A stretch of DNA of 64,000 nucleotides, taken from contig JASTWF010000033.1 of assembly GCA_030390025.1 (NCBI GenBank), positions 3,226,001-3,290,000 on the forward strand, written 5' to 3'. Positions 1 through 10,947 of this stretch are shown one piece after another. The notes under the pieces were generated by a model that saw nothing but the letters and a program-made list of their open reading frames with translations, was not told the DNA's origin and made no database searches. The DNA comes from Squalus acanthias. Taxonomy: Eukaryota. Both the position numbers and the translations under genes were made by a program. How positions within the stretch are numbered: position 1 is the first letter of the stretch; each line of letters opens with the position of its first letter.

Positions 1-553
1 GGGAGTGAGTCTGAGAGAGATAGTGTGTGAGAGAGTGACTCTGAGAGAGACAGTGTGTGAGAGAGTGAGTCTGAGAGAGACAGTGTGTGAGAGAGTGAGT
101 CTGAGAGAGACTGTGTGTGAGAGAGTGAGTCTGAAAGACAGTGTGTGAGAGAGTGAGTCTCAGAGAGACAGTGTGTGAGAGAGAGTGAGTCTGAGAGAGA
201 CAATGTGTGAGAGAGAGTGAGTCTGACAGAGACAGTGTGTGTGAGAGAGAGAGTCTGAGAGAGACAGTGTGTGAGAGAGAGAGTCTGGGAGAGGCAGTGT
301 GTGAGAGAGTGAGTCTGAGAGAGACAGTGTGTGAGAGTCTGAGAGAGACAGTGTTTGAGAGAGTGAATCTGAGAGAGACAGTGTTTGAGAGAGTGAATCT
401 GAGAGAGACAGTTTGAGAGAGAATCTGAGAGAGACAGTGTGAGAGAGTCTGAGAGAGACAGTGTGTGAGAGAGTCTGAGAGAGATAGTGTGTGAGTCTGA
501 GAGAGATAGTGTGTGAGTCTGAGCGAGACAGTGTGTGAGAGTCTGAGAGAGAC
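1..553. repeat. GA/GT-rich minisatellite, unit about GAGAGAGTGAGTCTGAGAGAGACAGTGTGT (26-30 bp)
   Basis: Tandem reiteration seen directly; resumes at 3494 after a CR1 insertion. Confidence 0.95.
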
Positions 554-2594
554 ATAGAACATAGATCATAGAACAGTACAGCACAGTACAGGCCCTTCGG
601 CCCACGATGTTGTGCCGAGCATTGTCCGAAACCAAGATCAAGCTATCCCACTCCCTATCACTCTGGTGTGCTCCATGTGCTTATCCAATAACCGCTTGAA
701 AGTTCCTAAAGTGTCCGACTCCACTATCACAGCAGGCAGTCCATTCCACACCCCAACCACTCTCTGATTAAAGAATCTACCTCGGACATCCCTTCTATAT
801 CTCCCCCCATGCACCTTATAGTTATGCCCCCTTGTAACAGCTGCCTCTACCCGAGGAAATAGTCTCTGAACATCCACTCTATCTATCCCCCTCATCATCT
901 TATAAACCTCTATTAAGTCGCCTCTCATCCTCCTCCGCTCTAAAGAGAAAAGCCCTAACTCCCTCAATCTTTCCTCATAAGACCTCCCCCCCAAACCAGG
1001 CAGCATCCTGGTAAATCTCCTTTGCACTCTTTCCAATGCTTCCACGTCCTTCCTATAGTGAGGTGACCAGAACTGCACACAATATTCCAAATGTGGTCTC
1101 ACCAAGGTCCTGTACAGTTGCAGCATAACCTCACGGTTCTTAAACTCAAACCCCCTGTTAATAAACGCCAACACACCATAGGCCTTCTTTACTGCTCTGT
1201 CCACTTGAGTGGCAACCTTCAGAGATCTGTGGATATGAACCCCCAGATCCCTCTGCTCCTCCACGTTCCTCAGAATCCTGCCGTTGACCCTGTAATCCTT
1301 ATTCAAATTTGCCCTACCAAAATGAATCACCTCGCACTTATCAGGGTTAAATTCCATCTGCCATTTTTCGGCCCAGCTCTGCATCCTATCAATGTCTCTT
1401 TGCAGCCTATAACAGCCCTCCACCTCATCCACTACTCCACCAATCTTGGTGTCATCAGCAAATTTACTGATCCACCCTTCAGTCCCCTCCTCCAAGTCAT
1501 TGATAAAAATCACAAACAGCAGAGGACCCTGCACCGACTCCTGTGGCACACCGCTGGTAACTGGTCTCCAGTCCGAAAATTTTCCATCCACCACCACCCT
1601 CTGCCTTCTATGAGATAGCCAGTTACTTATCCAATCGGCCAAATTTCCCTCTATCCCACAACTCCTTACTTTCTTCATGAGCCGACCATTGGGAACCTTA
1701 TCAAACACCTTACTAAAATCCCTGTATACGACATCAACTGCTCTACCTTCATCTACATACTTAGTTACCTCCTCAAAGAGTTCAATCAAATTTGTTAGGC
1801 AAGACTTACCCTTAACGAATCTGTGTTGAGTATCCCTGATTAAGTTGTCTCTTTCCAAATGGTCATAAATCCTATCCCTCAGGACCTTTTCCATTATCTT
1901 ACCAACCACCGAAGTAAGACTAACCGGCCTATAATTACCAGGGTCATTCCTATTTCCTTTCTTGAAGAGAGGAACAACATTCGCCACTCTCCAGTCCTCT
2001 GGCACCATCCCCGTGGACAGTGAGGACCCAATGATCAAAGCCAAAGGCTCTGCAATCTCCTCCCTTGCCTCCCAAAGAATCCTAGGATATATCCAATCTG
2101 GCCCAGGGGACTTATCGACCCTCAGGTTCTTCAAAATTGCTAAAACATCTTCCCTCAGAACATCTACCACCTCCAGCCTATCCACCTTTATCACACTCTC
2201 ATCCTCAATAACATGGCCTCTCTCCTCGGTGAACACTGACGAAAAGTATTCATTCATCACCTCTCCTATCTCTTCTGACTCCATGCACAAGTTCCCACTA
2301 CTTCCTTGACCGGCCCTACCCTCACCCTGGTCTTTATTTTATTTCTCACATAAGAGTAAAAAGCCTTGGGGTTTTTCTTGATCCGACCCGCCAAGGACAT
2401 CTCATGCCCCCTCCTAGCTCTCCTAAGCTCTTTTTTTAGCTCATTCCTTGCTACCTTATACCCCTCAATCGACCCAACTGAACCTTGTTTTCTCATCCTT
2501 ATTTACGCTTCCTTCTTCCTCTTGACGAGACATTCAACCTCTTTTGTGAACCATGGTTCTCTCACTCGGCCATTTCCTCCCTGCCTGACAGGGA
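554..2594 (-). mobile_element. CR1 LINE, 3' portion with (TTCTATG)n-type tail
   Basis: catagaacatagatcatagaa tail at 554; minus-strand ORF with CR1 RT motifs. Confidence 0.95.
638..2290 (-). CDS. CR1 ORF2 reverse transcriptase (open segment, 550 aa)
   Basis: KSPGPD, NYRPVSLTS, SGVPQ, FADD, RPHLEYCVQFWSP motifs. Confidence 0.9.
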   Translation of the reverse strand: MCMESEEIGEVMNEYFSSVFTEERGHVIEDESVIKVDRLEVVDVLREDVLAILKNLRVDKSPGPDWIYPRILWEAREEIAEPLALIIGSSLSTGMVPEDWRVANVVPLFKKGNRNDPGNYRPVSLTSVVGKIMEKVLRDRIYDHLERDNLIRDTQHRFVKGKSCLTNLIELFEEVTKYVDEGRAVDVVYRDFSKVFDKVPNGRLMKKVRSCGIEGNLADWISNWLSHRRQRVVVDGKFSDWRPVTSGVPQESVQGPLLFVIFINDLEEGTEGWISKFADDTKIGGVVDEVEGCYRLQRDIDRMQSWAEKWQMEFNPDKCEVIHFGRANLNKDYRVNGRILRNVEEQRDLGVHIHRSLKVATQVDRAVKKAYGVLAFINRGFEFKNREVMLQLYRTLVRPHLEYCVQFWSPHYRKDVEALERVQRRFTRMLPGLGGRSYEERLRELGLFSLERRRMRGDLIEVYKMMRGIDRVDVQRLFPRVEAAVTRGHNYKVHGGRYRRDVRGRFFNQRVVGVWNGLPAVIVESDTLGTFKRLLDKHMEHTRVIGSGIA

Positions 2595-3493
2595 GGAGGG
2601 TATCAGGGTCGCAGGAATGTACCGGCAGACAGGAAGATGGCTTGAAGTGTGTCTACTTCAATGCAAGGAGCATATGGAATAAGGTAGGAGAACTTGGAGC
2701 GTGGATTGGTACTTGGGACTACGATGTGGTGGCCATTACGTAGACATGGTTAGAACAGGGACAGGAATGGTTGTTGGAAGTTCCGGGGTATAGATGTTTC
2801 AGTAAGAGTAGAGAAGGTGGTAAGAAAGGTGGAGGAGTAGCATTGTTAATCAACGATAGTTTAACAGCGGCAGAAAGGCAGTTCGAGGGGGATCTGCCGT
2901 CTGAGGTAATATGGGCTGAAGTTAGAAATAGGAAAGGAGCGGTCACGTTGTTAGGAGTTTTTGCAGGCCCCCTAATAGTAATAGAGATGTGGAGGAAAAA
3001 ATTGCAAAGCAGATTATGAATAGGTGTGGAGGTCACAGAGTAGTTGTCATGGGTCACTTCAACTTTCCAAATATTGATTGGAACCTTTATAGGTCAAACA
3101 GTTCGGATGGGATAGTTTTTGCACAGTGTGTGCAGGAGGGTTTCCTGACACAATATGTGGATAGGCCGACAAGAGGTGGGGCCACATTGGATTTGGTTCT
3201 GGGTAATGAACCGGGCCAAGTGTTTGATTTGTATGTGGGAGAGCACTTTGGAGATAGTGACCACAATTCGGTAACTTTCACTATTGCAATGGAGAGGGTT
3301 GGGTCATACGGCAGGGCAGGGTTTATAATTGGTGAAGGGGTAATTATGATGCGATTAGACAGAATTAGGGAGCATAAGATGGGAACAGAAACTATTAGGG
3401 AATGGCAGAAATGAAAAGTGGAGCTATTTCATGGAGCAATTACTGCGTGTCCTTGATAGGTATGTCCCTGTCAGGTAGGGAGGAAATGGCCGA
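2595..3493 (+). mobile_element. Inverted 5' segment of the same CR1 (APE endonuclease region, frameshifted)
   Basis: LKCVYFNARS, GGGVALL, FNFPNIDW, SDHNSV motifs on + strand; 3465-3493 is the reverse complement of 2566-2594. Confidence 0.9.
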
Positions 3494-3780
3494 GACAGTG
3501 TGTGAGAGAGAGTGAATCTGAGAGAGACAGTTTGAGAGAGAGTCTGAGAGAGACAGTTTGAGAGAGTCTGAGAGAGACAGTGTGTGAGAGAGAGTCTGAG
3601 AGAGACAGTGTGAGAGAGAGTCTGAGAAAGACAGTATGTGAGAGAGAGTCTGAGAGAGAGAGTGTGTGAGAGAGAGTCTGAGAGAGACAGTGTGAGAGAG
3701 AGTCTGAGAAAGACAGTATGTGAGAGAGTGAGACTCAGAGAGACAGTGTGAGAGCCAGTGAGCCTCAGAGGCAGTGTGTG
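3494..3780. repeat. Continuation of the GA/GT-rich minisatellite
   Basis: Same unit as 1-553. Confidence 0.9.
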
Positions 3781-4059
3781 AAAATGAGCATGGGAATGAG
3801 GGAGGGTCGGAAAGGGAGGGAGCGAGTGAAAGAGGGAGGGAGAGAGAAGGTGTGCATACAAGAGTGAGAAGAACAGAGACTGTGGGCGACAAAGGGGAGA
3901 AACACTTTTTAATGATAAGGAGGGAGAAAAGGGGTAAAGAGACTGTTTGTGTTCGAGTACTGAGGGATAAAGAACATGAGTGGTTGGAAAGGGAAAAGAG
4001 AGAGAGCGAGACTCAGAGAGAGAGCGAGAGAGAGAGAGAGACAGGATGGGAGAATCACA

Positions 4060-4830
4060 AAAAAACTGAGAGTTGTGGTTAACAGCTGTTTCTTGCACTG
4101 GAAGGATTTAAACAGTGGTGATCCCCAGGGGTCAGTGTGGGCACCATTGCTTTTCTCAATATATGTGGTTATGATTGACCTGAATTTGGGTGTTGAGGTC
4201 ACAATAACAAACATTGAAGCTTCCACAAAGATAAGGAGTGAGGTTAGCCATGAAGAGGACTGTAGAGAACTTCAGGAGGAGATAGACAGATGAGCAGATT
4301 GGACAGTTAGATGTCAGATGGAAATTAATGCAGAGAGATGTGAGGTGAGAAGAATAAGGAGAGGAAATTGACACTATACGATAAAACTGTAAAAGGAGAG
4401 GAGGAGCAGAGAGATTCAGGTATTCAGATAGACAAATCTTTAAATGTGGGAGGCAAGTTGATAAAGCCGTTTTACAAAATTCCACATGGGATCCGAGGAA
4501 TTATAAATAAGGACATAGAGTATAAAAGCAGAGTTAAAGCTACACCTGGACAAATCATTGGTTCGGCCACAGTCAGAATATTGTCTCCAGTTTTTGGTGC
4601 ATTATTTTAGTAAGAATGTCAAGGCCATGGAGAGGTGCAGAAGAGATTCACTAAGATGATCCCAAGGAGGGGAGTCTTCACATAACTTTTCTTAAGAGTA
4701 GAGAAGTTGAAAAGGAGATCAGATAGAGGGGTTCAACATTATGAGGGGTTTTTTAATGAAGTAACAGAAAACAACTATCCCCACTGGTTCGTGAGTCGGT
4801 AACTAGATGATATCAATTTAAGACCAAAAT
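4060..4830 (+). mobile_element. Old degraded CR1 RT fragment
   Basis: RVVVNSCF..SGDPQGSVWAPLLF remnant with many stops. Confidence 0.75.
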
Positions 4831-5173
4831 AATTGAGTGACAGGTTGATTTTTCCTTTCTGCACAATGTCTTCCTGAACACATTTACAGTCTCATTACTG
4901 TTTGTCAAACCTCCTACTTTTGTGCCATCAGCAAATGTTCAGATTGTGCTCCCGATTCCTAAATCCGAACAGTCTCTGTATACGGAGAAGAAAGGTGGGC
5001 CCAGCACTGACCCCTGGGGTAACCACTTCCAACCCTTCACCAATCTGAGCAACTCCCATTAACACTGACCCTCTGTTTCCTGTCCTCCGCAAACTTTCTC
5101 CCCGCATGTTCCACTTCCTTTTAAACTGCCCTCCTGAACAGAGTGGCCATTAGCCCGGGGATTCCCCAGTTAC

Positions 5174-5364
5174 CTTCAGACCGTTGCTCGCCAAGTCCCT
5201 GATTTCACTTGACGTCCTTCACAGACTCATCGAATTGTCTCGATGTCTCCCGGCCATGTGATCATCCAAAGCGGTTTCCAGTCGGAATGAAGTATTCTCC
5301 GGAACATTTCATCTCCGGTCAAAATTCCTTCTCAAAATTCCTGGAAGTTCCGGCATGACTTCTC
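5174..5364 (-). other. Candidate non-coding exon
   Basis: Minus strand tcttttttccacag acceptor and AAG|gtaact donor flank 191 nt of unique sequence; all three frames closed. Confidence 0.3.
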
Positions 5365-5432
5365 CTGTGGAAAAAAGACACATCAGGTTAGGGGACGGAA
5401 GAATTAAGGACCATTCTGAAGTACTCAGTGTC

Positions 5433-5586
5433 GGCCTTGGCTCATTGGTAACTCTCGCTTCTAGAATCATAAAGGTTGTGTGTTCAAGCCCCCCTCCAGA
5501 GAGTTAAGCACAAAATGCAGGCTGACACTGCAGTGTGGTGCTGAGGGAGTGCCGCACTGTCGCAGGTGCCGTCTTTTGGATGAGAC
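5433..5586 (+). mobile_element. tRNA-headed Deu-domain SINE (SacSINE1/AmnSINE1-like), 5' part
   Basis: A/B-box-like head followed by gcactgtcgcaggtgccgtcttttggatgagac, matching the remembered DeuSINE core. Confidence 0.7.
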
Positions 5587-5589
5587 AAA

Positions 5590-6921
5590 TGGTTTGGTCC
5601 TCTGTCATAAATAGCCTGGCTGACATAGAATTACAGACACAGATAAATGTTTCAAAAACCCAGTTAAGGAAGAACCTGAAGGATGGGAACACAGTGGTAG
5701 GCTCAGAGCTACATGAGGACCAAGCTATGACGGTTCATTTAAAGGAAATTATTGCAGAATTGGAAAGGCATGCCAAAACAGTAAATGCACTCATATGGGA
5801 GGATAGGAATGCAACGGATCAGGCTGCACAGAATGAGGTGTGTGTGCTGTACGGGGCATGGTTGCAGGGCGAGGGCCGTAGCCACCTGGAGGATTTAAAG
5901 CAAGGTTTAGTCCCCTCCTGGATCAGCAACAAACACCTCGCAGCCCTCCACCCGTTTAGTAAGTCGCTGAGCCCATGCCAATTTCGTCTAGCCTCTGAAG
6001 CCTACCCTGTCCCAATAGATTGTGGGCGTTCAAATCACACTATCATGGGGATAGTATGAGAATGCCGGTCATGAGTGGGACAGCCCGACCCGTACCGGTA
6101 TACAGGGTGGAGAACATTGGAGTCATTCAAGGGGGTGCACACATCCGTTTTACAGCGGTCCCACATTATGTCATAAAGTGGGATCACACCATGACAGGTA
6201 CTGACCTGTCCGGGTGCCGGTGCCGGGGTTCACACATAATAATGTGTCCCCAGCACTTGAACGCCTAATGGAAACTGCAATGCGGGTTCAGAGCTGCTGG
6301 CGCACGACCTTCAATTGTACCATGGAGGTGATGGCACACGGCCATGTTTCCCCACAGGTAGCATATATAGGGGGCGGAACATATTGTGTCACCACAGGTG
6401 CGTCCCACTACCAGCATGGACACTTCTGGTGTCCGGTAAGTGACAGCAGTTTCTGCTTTAAACCCGAGGCAGAATTTCAAGTGGCCCAGGAACGGATTGT
6501 CCCCATTCCTGAACCCTCCACTGTTCACCTCACTGTAACAGAAAACATCACCAACCTGCAAAAGTATGTGACTTACTTTGGATATAAAATTCCCCCTCTA
6601 CCCGAACATCTTACCATCCTACTTAAAGCTGTAGTGATTTCACAAAAACATTTCTACACCCTGGAACAGAAAACAGTTGAAATAAGGGCAGAGATTTTGG
6701 ATATAGTAGTTCCACCCTGGTCGGATATTTTCGAGAATATAGAGGTGCCTTCCTGGATCAGGATGGCTTCCCATCTTTTGGTGGTCTGCCAGCTCGGGAT
6801 AGTTCTCTACCTGCTGTGTACAAAGTGCAGGGGAAGGGACCGGGAGCTCCGCTCCAGACACAAAGGGACTTGGGAAGTGCATCAAAATAAAGGCTTTGGC
6901 CAGGGATGGAACGAACCTTGA
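5590..6921 (+). pseudogene. env: Decayed viral envelope gene, F-protein-like (lokiretrovirus/errantivirus-type env)
   Basis: ORFs 5535-6059, 6020-6268 and 6214-6921 join via two frameshifts and one stop; heptad-like N-part, Cys-rich middle (DLSGCRC..MCP..QCG..NCT..YC..WCP..FCF), several N-glycan sequons, C-terminal hydrophobic TM (HLLVVCQLGIVLYLLC) and basic tail. Confidence 0.65.
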
Positions 6922-6940
6922 ATTTTTGTCTTTTGATCAG

Positions 6941-7345
6941 GGCTGTGTGTGGGATCTTGCTGTGCCCACAGTGCTGTGTGTGGGATCTTGCTGTGTCCAC
7001 AGTGCTGTTTGTGGGATCTTGCTGTGTCCACAGTGCTGTGTATGGGATCTTGCTGTGCCCACAGTGCTGTGTGAGGGATCTTGCTGTGCCCACAGTGCTG
7101 TGTGTGGGATCTTGCTGTGTCCACAGTGCTGTGTGTGGGATCTTGCTGTGCCCACAGTGCTGTGTGTGGGATCTTGCTGTGCCCACAGTGCTGTGTGTGG
7201 GATCTTGCTGTGCCCACAGTGCTGTGTGTGGGATCTTGCTGTGCCCACAGTGCTGTGTGTGGGATCTTGCTGTGCCCACAGTGCTGTGTGTGGGATCTTG
7301 CTGTGCCCACAGTGCAGTATTTGGGATCTTGCTGTGCCCACAGTG
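6941..7345 (+). repeat. 31-bp minisatellite, 13 copies (GTGCTGTGTGTGGGATCTTGCTGTGCCCACA)
   Basis: gggatcttgctgtg recurs every 31 bp from 6951 to 7323. Confidence 0.97.
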
Positions 7346-7379
7346 CCTGCCGCTTTTCTTGGAGTGAGCTCCCTTCACA

Positions 7380-7900
7380 AGCCCCCCATTGTGTGTGAGG
7401 CTCTGGGCCGGGCTGAGGCTGTGAAAGGCGCTGGGGAAATGCAGGTTGCCCCCGGGCTCGCTCTAATCTCAGCGCCCGCCCGCTCTCTCTGACCGGAGGC
7501 TGGAGCCGCCCCCTGATCCCTGACCCTTGGCCCCGGGTCAAACCGCCAATCAGCGGCCCTCTGACGTCATCGCGGATTTAAGCGTCACCGGCCGCCCGAC
7601 CGCCATCTTGGTGTGACCAAGCTCACTGAGCATGCGCGCTTTTTACGTCCATGAAACCGCGCAATTAAAAAGAAAAGTGACGTCAGTTTCCAGCAAAATC
7701 ACCGCTCGCTCTGAACCGAGAGACTGAAGTTTGTCCCGCGCCGCAGAGAGAAAGCCTCGGCTCATCGGGTGGGTGAGGTGCGCATGTGCGAACTCTGCGC
7801 CCTGAGTGCAGCGCGGCCTGTGTCACAGAGATAGGGGCCTTTCCCTGCCGCCCTGCATTGTGGGAGCTGCAGGCCGCAATGGCGGCCCGGCTACAAATAT
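7380..7900. promoter_or_regulatory. CpG-island promoter-like region
   Basis: CpG-rich; CCAAT 7546, TGACGTCA 7562 and 7678, YY1-type CCGCCATCTT 7600, NRF1-like GCATGCGC 7630 and TGCGCATGTGCG 7779. Confidence 0.65.
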
Positions 7901-7903
7901 TCC

Positions 7904-7956
7904 GAGTGAGTTTGACTGAAGTTCTTAAAGACCCTGGTTCAATCCCGGGTTTCGCA
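7904..7956 (+). pseudogene. tRNA-Phe(GAA) 3' remnant
   Basis: gactgaagttcttaaagaccctggttcaatcccgggtttcgca matches the 3' two-thirds of tRNA-Phe. Confidence 0.75.
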
Positions 7957-8060
7957 AATTTTGTTTAATTTGTTTCTCCTTCACTGTAAGGGGAGAAAAT
8001 CAGGAGAGATTTTCCGCTCTTGAACCCACGCCTCCCAGACCAATAACAGTGAACTTGGTC

Positions 8061-9140
8061 CCCTCATCTATGATTTGGGAGAGGGGACCAAATGTAATAT
8101 ATCCAAGTTTGCTGACGATAAAAAGCTGGGTTGTAATTTAACTTGTGATTAGGATGCAAGGAGGCTTCAAGGGGATATAGACGGGCTAAGTGAGTGGGCA
8201 AGAACATGGCAAATGGAATATAATGCAGAGAAATGTGAAGTTATCCACTTTGGTAGGAAAAACAGAAAAACAGAGTAATTTTGAAATCGTGAGAGATTGG
8301 GAAATGTTGGTGTTCAGAGGGACCTGGGTGTCCTTGTACACGAATCATTGAAAGTTAACATGCAGGTACAGCAAGCAATTAGGAAAGCAAATGGTATGAA
8401 AGCATGTTCAGCCATGAACGCATTGAATGGCGGTGCAGGCTCGAAGGACCGAATGGTCTACTCCTGTACCTATTTTCTATGTTTCTATGTTTATTACCTT
8501 TATTACAAGATGATTTGCGTATAAGAGTAAAGACTTCTTACTGCAATTATATGGGGCCCTGGTGAGACCACACCTGGAGAATTGTGCACAGTTTTGGTCT
8601 CCTTATCTAAGGAAGGATATACTTGCCATAGATGGAGTGCAACGAAGGTTCACCAGCCTGGTTCCTGGGCTGGGTTGATTGTCCCATGAGGAGAGATTGA
8701 GTAGACTAGGACTATATTCTCTAGAATTTATAAGAACGAGAGGTCATCTCATTGAAACATACAACATTCTTACAGGGTTTGACAGGTTGGATGCAGGGAT
8801 AATGTTTCCCCTGGCTGGGGAGTCTAGAACCAGGGGTAAAAGTCTCAGAATAAGGGGTTGGCCATTTAGTACTGAGATGAGAAGAAATTTATTCACTCAA
8901 AGGATGGTGAATCTTTGGAATTCTCTATTCCAGAGGGCTGTGGAAGCTAAGTCCTTGAGTATATTCAAGACAGAGATCGATAGATTTTTCAATATTAAAT
9001 GAATCAATTATGTTCTTATGTTATGGGGATAGTGCAGGAAAGTGGAGATGAGGTAGAAGATCAGCCATGATTGTATTGAATGGAGGAGCAGGTTTGTCGG
9101 GCCAAATGGACTACTCCTGCTTATGTTCTTATATTCCTTT
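8061..9140 (+). mobile_element. 5'-truncated CR1 containing a nested 91-bp CR1 3' end (8401-8491)
   Basis: FADD..QRDLGVLVH..RLGLYSLE remnants and 3' UTR; absent from the paralogous block near 15975. Confidence 0.9.
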
Positions 9141-9155
9141 GTGTAAACCACATCT

Positions 9156-9210
9156 GACCCTTTGGATCCAACTCCAGCCGCCCGCTGCGGGTTCGAGTCC
9201 GGTCGTGGTG
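9156..9210 (+). pseudogene. D-armless tRNA-Trp-like element, copy 1
   Basis: gaccc..ctccag..gctgcgggttcgagtccggtcgtggt; B box retained. Confidence 0.4.
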
Positions 9211-9495
9211 ACAGCGGCTCAGGGTCGCACCACCTGTTTTTTTATCGGGACAGTGTTTGAGGGAGGGGCTGTTCAGCGGTGTTGTGAGAATAATTTTTAG
9301 AATGAGGTTTGTTAGATTAAATAACTCTTTTTCTGTTACTTTCGCTTTACGCTCTGCCCAGTTATATGTATGAACAGTTCACAATGTTTAAGCGATGTGA
9401 TGTGTTCAATGTTTGTGCAGTAACTCTGTAACCCAGTGTGAGCCTGAAAGACAATCCCCCAGCCTGTGTCCGAACCTATCCAACGGCTGCTTTGT

Positions 9496-9569
9496 GGCCA
9501 ATTACCTCAGTTGGTGAGAGCGTGGTGCGAATAACGCCAGGGTCACGGGTTTGATCCCCATACGAGCCA
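9496..9569 (+). pseudogene. tRNA-Ile(AAT), degenerate
   Basis: Colinear with vertebrate tRNA-Ile(AAT); substitutions in acceptor stem, D stem and B box (gtttgat). Confidence 0.85.
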
Positions 9570-9707
9570 TCCGAATATTTTCTTAATTTTAAGTCTATCG
9601 TCTATTTAAAATACAAACTTTATAAGGAAACAATTCCACACCGAATCTCACGGGGGAATTATTTGGATTAAAATCCATTGCACCTTTGACACCGGGGCGG
9701 AGAGACA

Positions 9708-10175
9708 CATAGACCATAGAATCATAGATTGATACGGCACAGAAGGAGGCCATTCGGCCCATCAAGTCTGCGCTGGCACTTTGAAAGAGCTATCCTATTA
9801 GTCCCACTCCCCTGCTCTTTCCCCACAGCCCTGCAAATTTCTCCTATTCAATTATTTATCCAATTCTCTTTTGAAAGTTACTATTGAATCTGCTTCCACC
9901 GCCCTTTCAGGCAGCGCATTCCCAATCACAGCAACTCGCAGCGTAAAACATGTTTCCTCATCTCCCCTCTCGTTCTTTTGCCGGTTATCTTCAATCGGTG
10001 TCCTTTGGTTACCGAACCTCCTGCCACTGGAAAAAGTTTCTGCTTATTTACTCTATCAAAACCCCTTTTAATTTTGAAAACCTCTATTAAATTTCCTTTT
10101 AACCTTCTGAGGAAAACAATCCCAGCTTCTGCAGTCTCTCCACATAACTGAAGTCCCTCATCCCTGGGACCACTC
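9708..10175 (-). mobile_element. CR1 3' end fragment
   Basis: catagaccatagaatcataga tail plus CR1 3' UTR and C-terminal ORF2 sequence. Confidence 0.85.
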
Positions 10176-10377
10176 TGTGATACGTCAAACTGAGGCTCTC
10201 GCTCTGTGTGTCTGTCTCTCTTTCTGTGTCGCTATCTGTCTCTCTCTTTGCCTCTGTCTCTCTCTTTGCCTCTGTCTCTCTCTTTGTCTCTGTCTCTCTC
10301 TATGTCCTTCTCTACTCTCTCTTTCGCACTCTGTTCACAGCTCGACTGTTCCTCTGACAGATTCTACATCTGTTAGT

Positions 10378-10443
10378 TCATCGTTAGTATATTATCCCCG
10401 CCTGGTCACGCGGGTGACCGGGGTTCAATTCCCCGACGGGGAG
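10378..10443 (+). pseudogene. tRNA-Asp(GTC), D-loop deleted
   Basis: tcatcgttagtata[del]tatccccgcctggtcacgcggg..ggggttcaattccccgacggggag. Confidence 0.85.
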
Positions 10444-10907
10444 GACGCTTTTTAACATCCCCAATTTTAAACCTTTGGGCAGCTCCTTAAAATGCTTCTT
10501 GGAAAAGGTGAACAGAAAAAAAGTAACTAAAACAATGTTAAAAGATGTACTGGCATATGAAGATATGTAAAACAACTTCCTGCACCAATTCCTCGTTTTT
10601 ATAGTGTCCCCTCTCTGTTTCCCTCTCCCTTTTATGTGGGGCGCGGAGGAGGGAGAGAGTGACAGAGAAAATGAGATTAACAGGGTTACGCACAAAAAGC
10701 TGTGGTTTGGGACTAAGCACGACTGCTCTTTCAAAGAGACAGCACAGGTATGACGGGCCGAATGGCCTCCCACTGTGCTGCATGAATCCATGAAACTCAG
10801 ATGGATATCTGAGACATACACACACAAAGAGAGCACACACACATGTCTGTCTCTTTGTGTGTTTGAGCATTTGTCTCAAGCACTGCATAACGACTTCCTG
10901 AACCAGG

Positions 10908-10947
10908 TCCTTGATAGTATAGTGGTGAGTATTCAATTCCCCGACGG
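10908..10947 (+). pseudogene. tRNA-Asp with internal deletion of the anticodon arm
   Basis: tccttgatagtatagtggtgagtat joined directly to tcaattccccgacgg. Confidence 0.8.

Noticed and set aside
160..555. SLSDSLSHT-type ORFs (also 3424-4098)
   Set aside because: Translations of the GA/GT satellite, not protein-coding
1091..1618. Antisense ORFs over CR1 RT (also 27484-28108, 47237-47941)
   Set aside because: Shadow frames of CR1 ORF2
6758..7541. Six overlapping repetitive Cys/His-rich ORFs and a CRISPR-like look
   Set aside because: 31-bp tandem units with no unique spacers, no cas genes, eukaryotic context; the ORFs are a by-product of a stop-free unit
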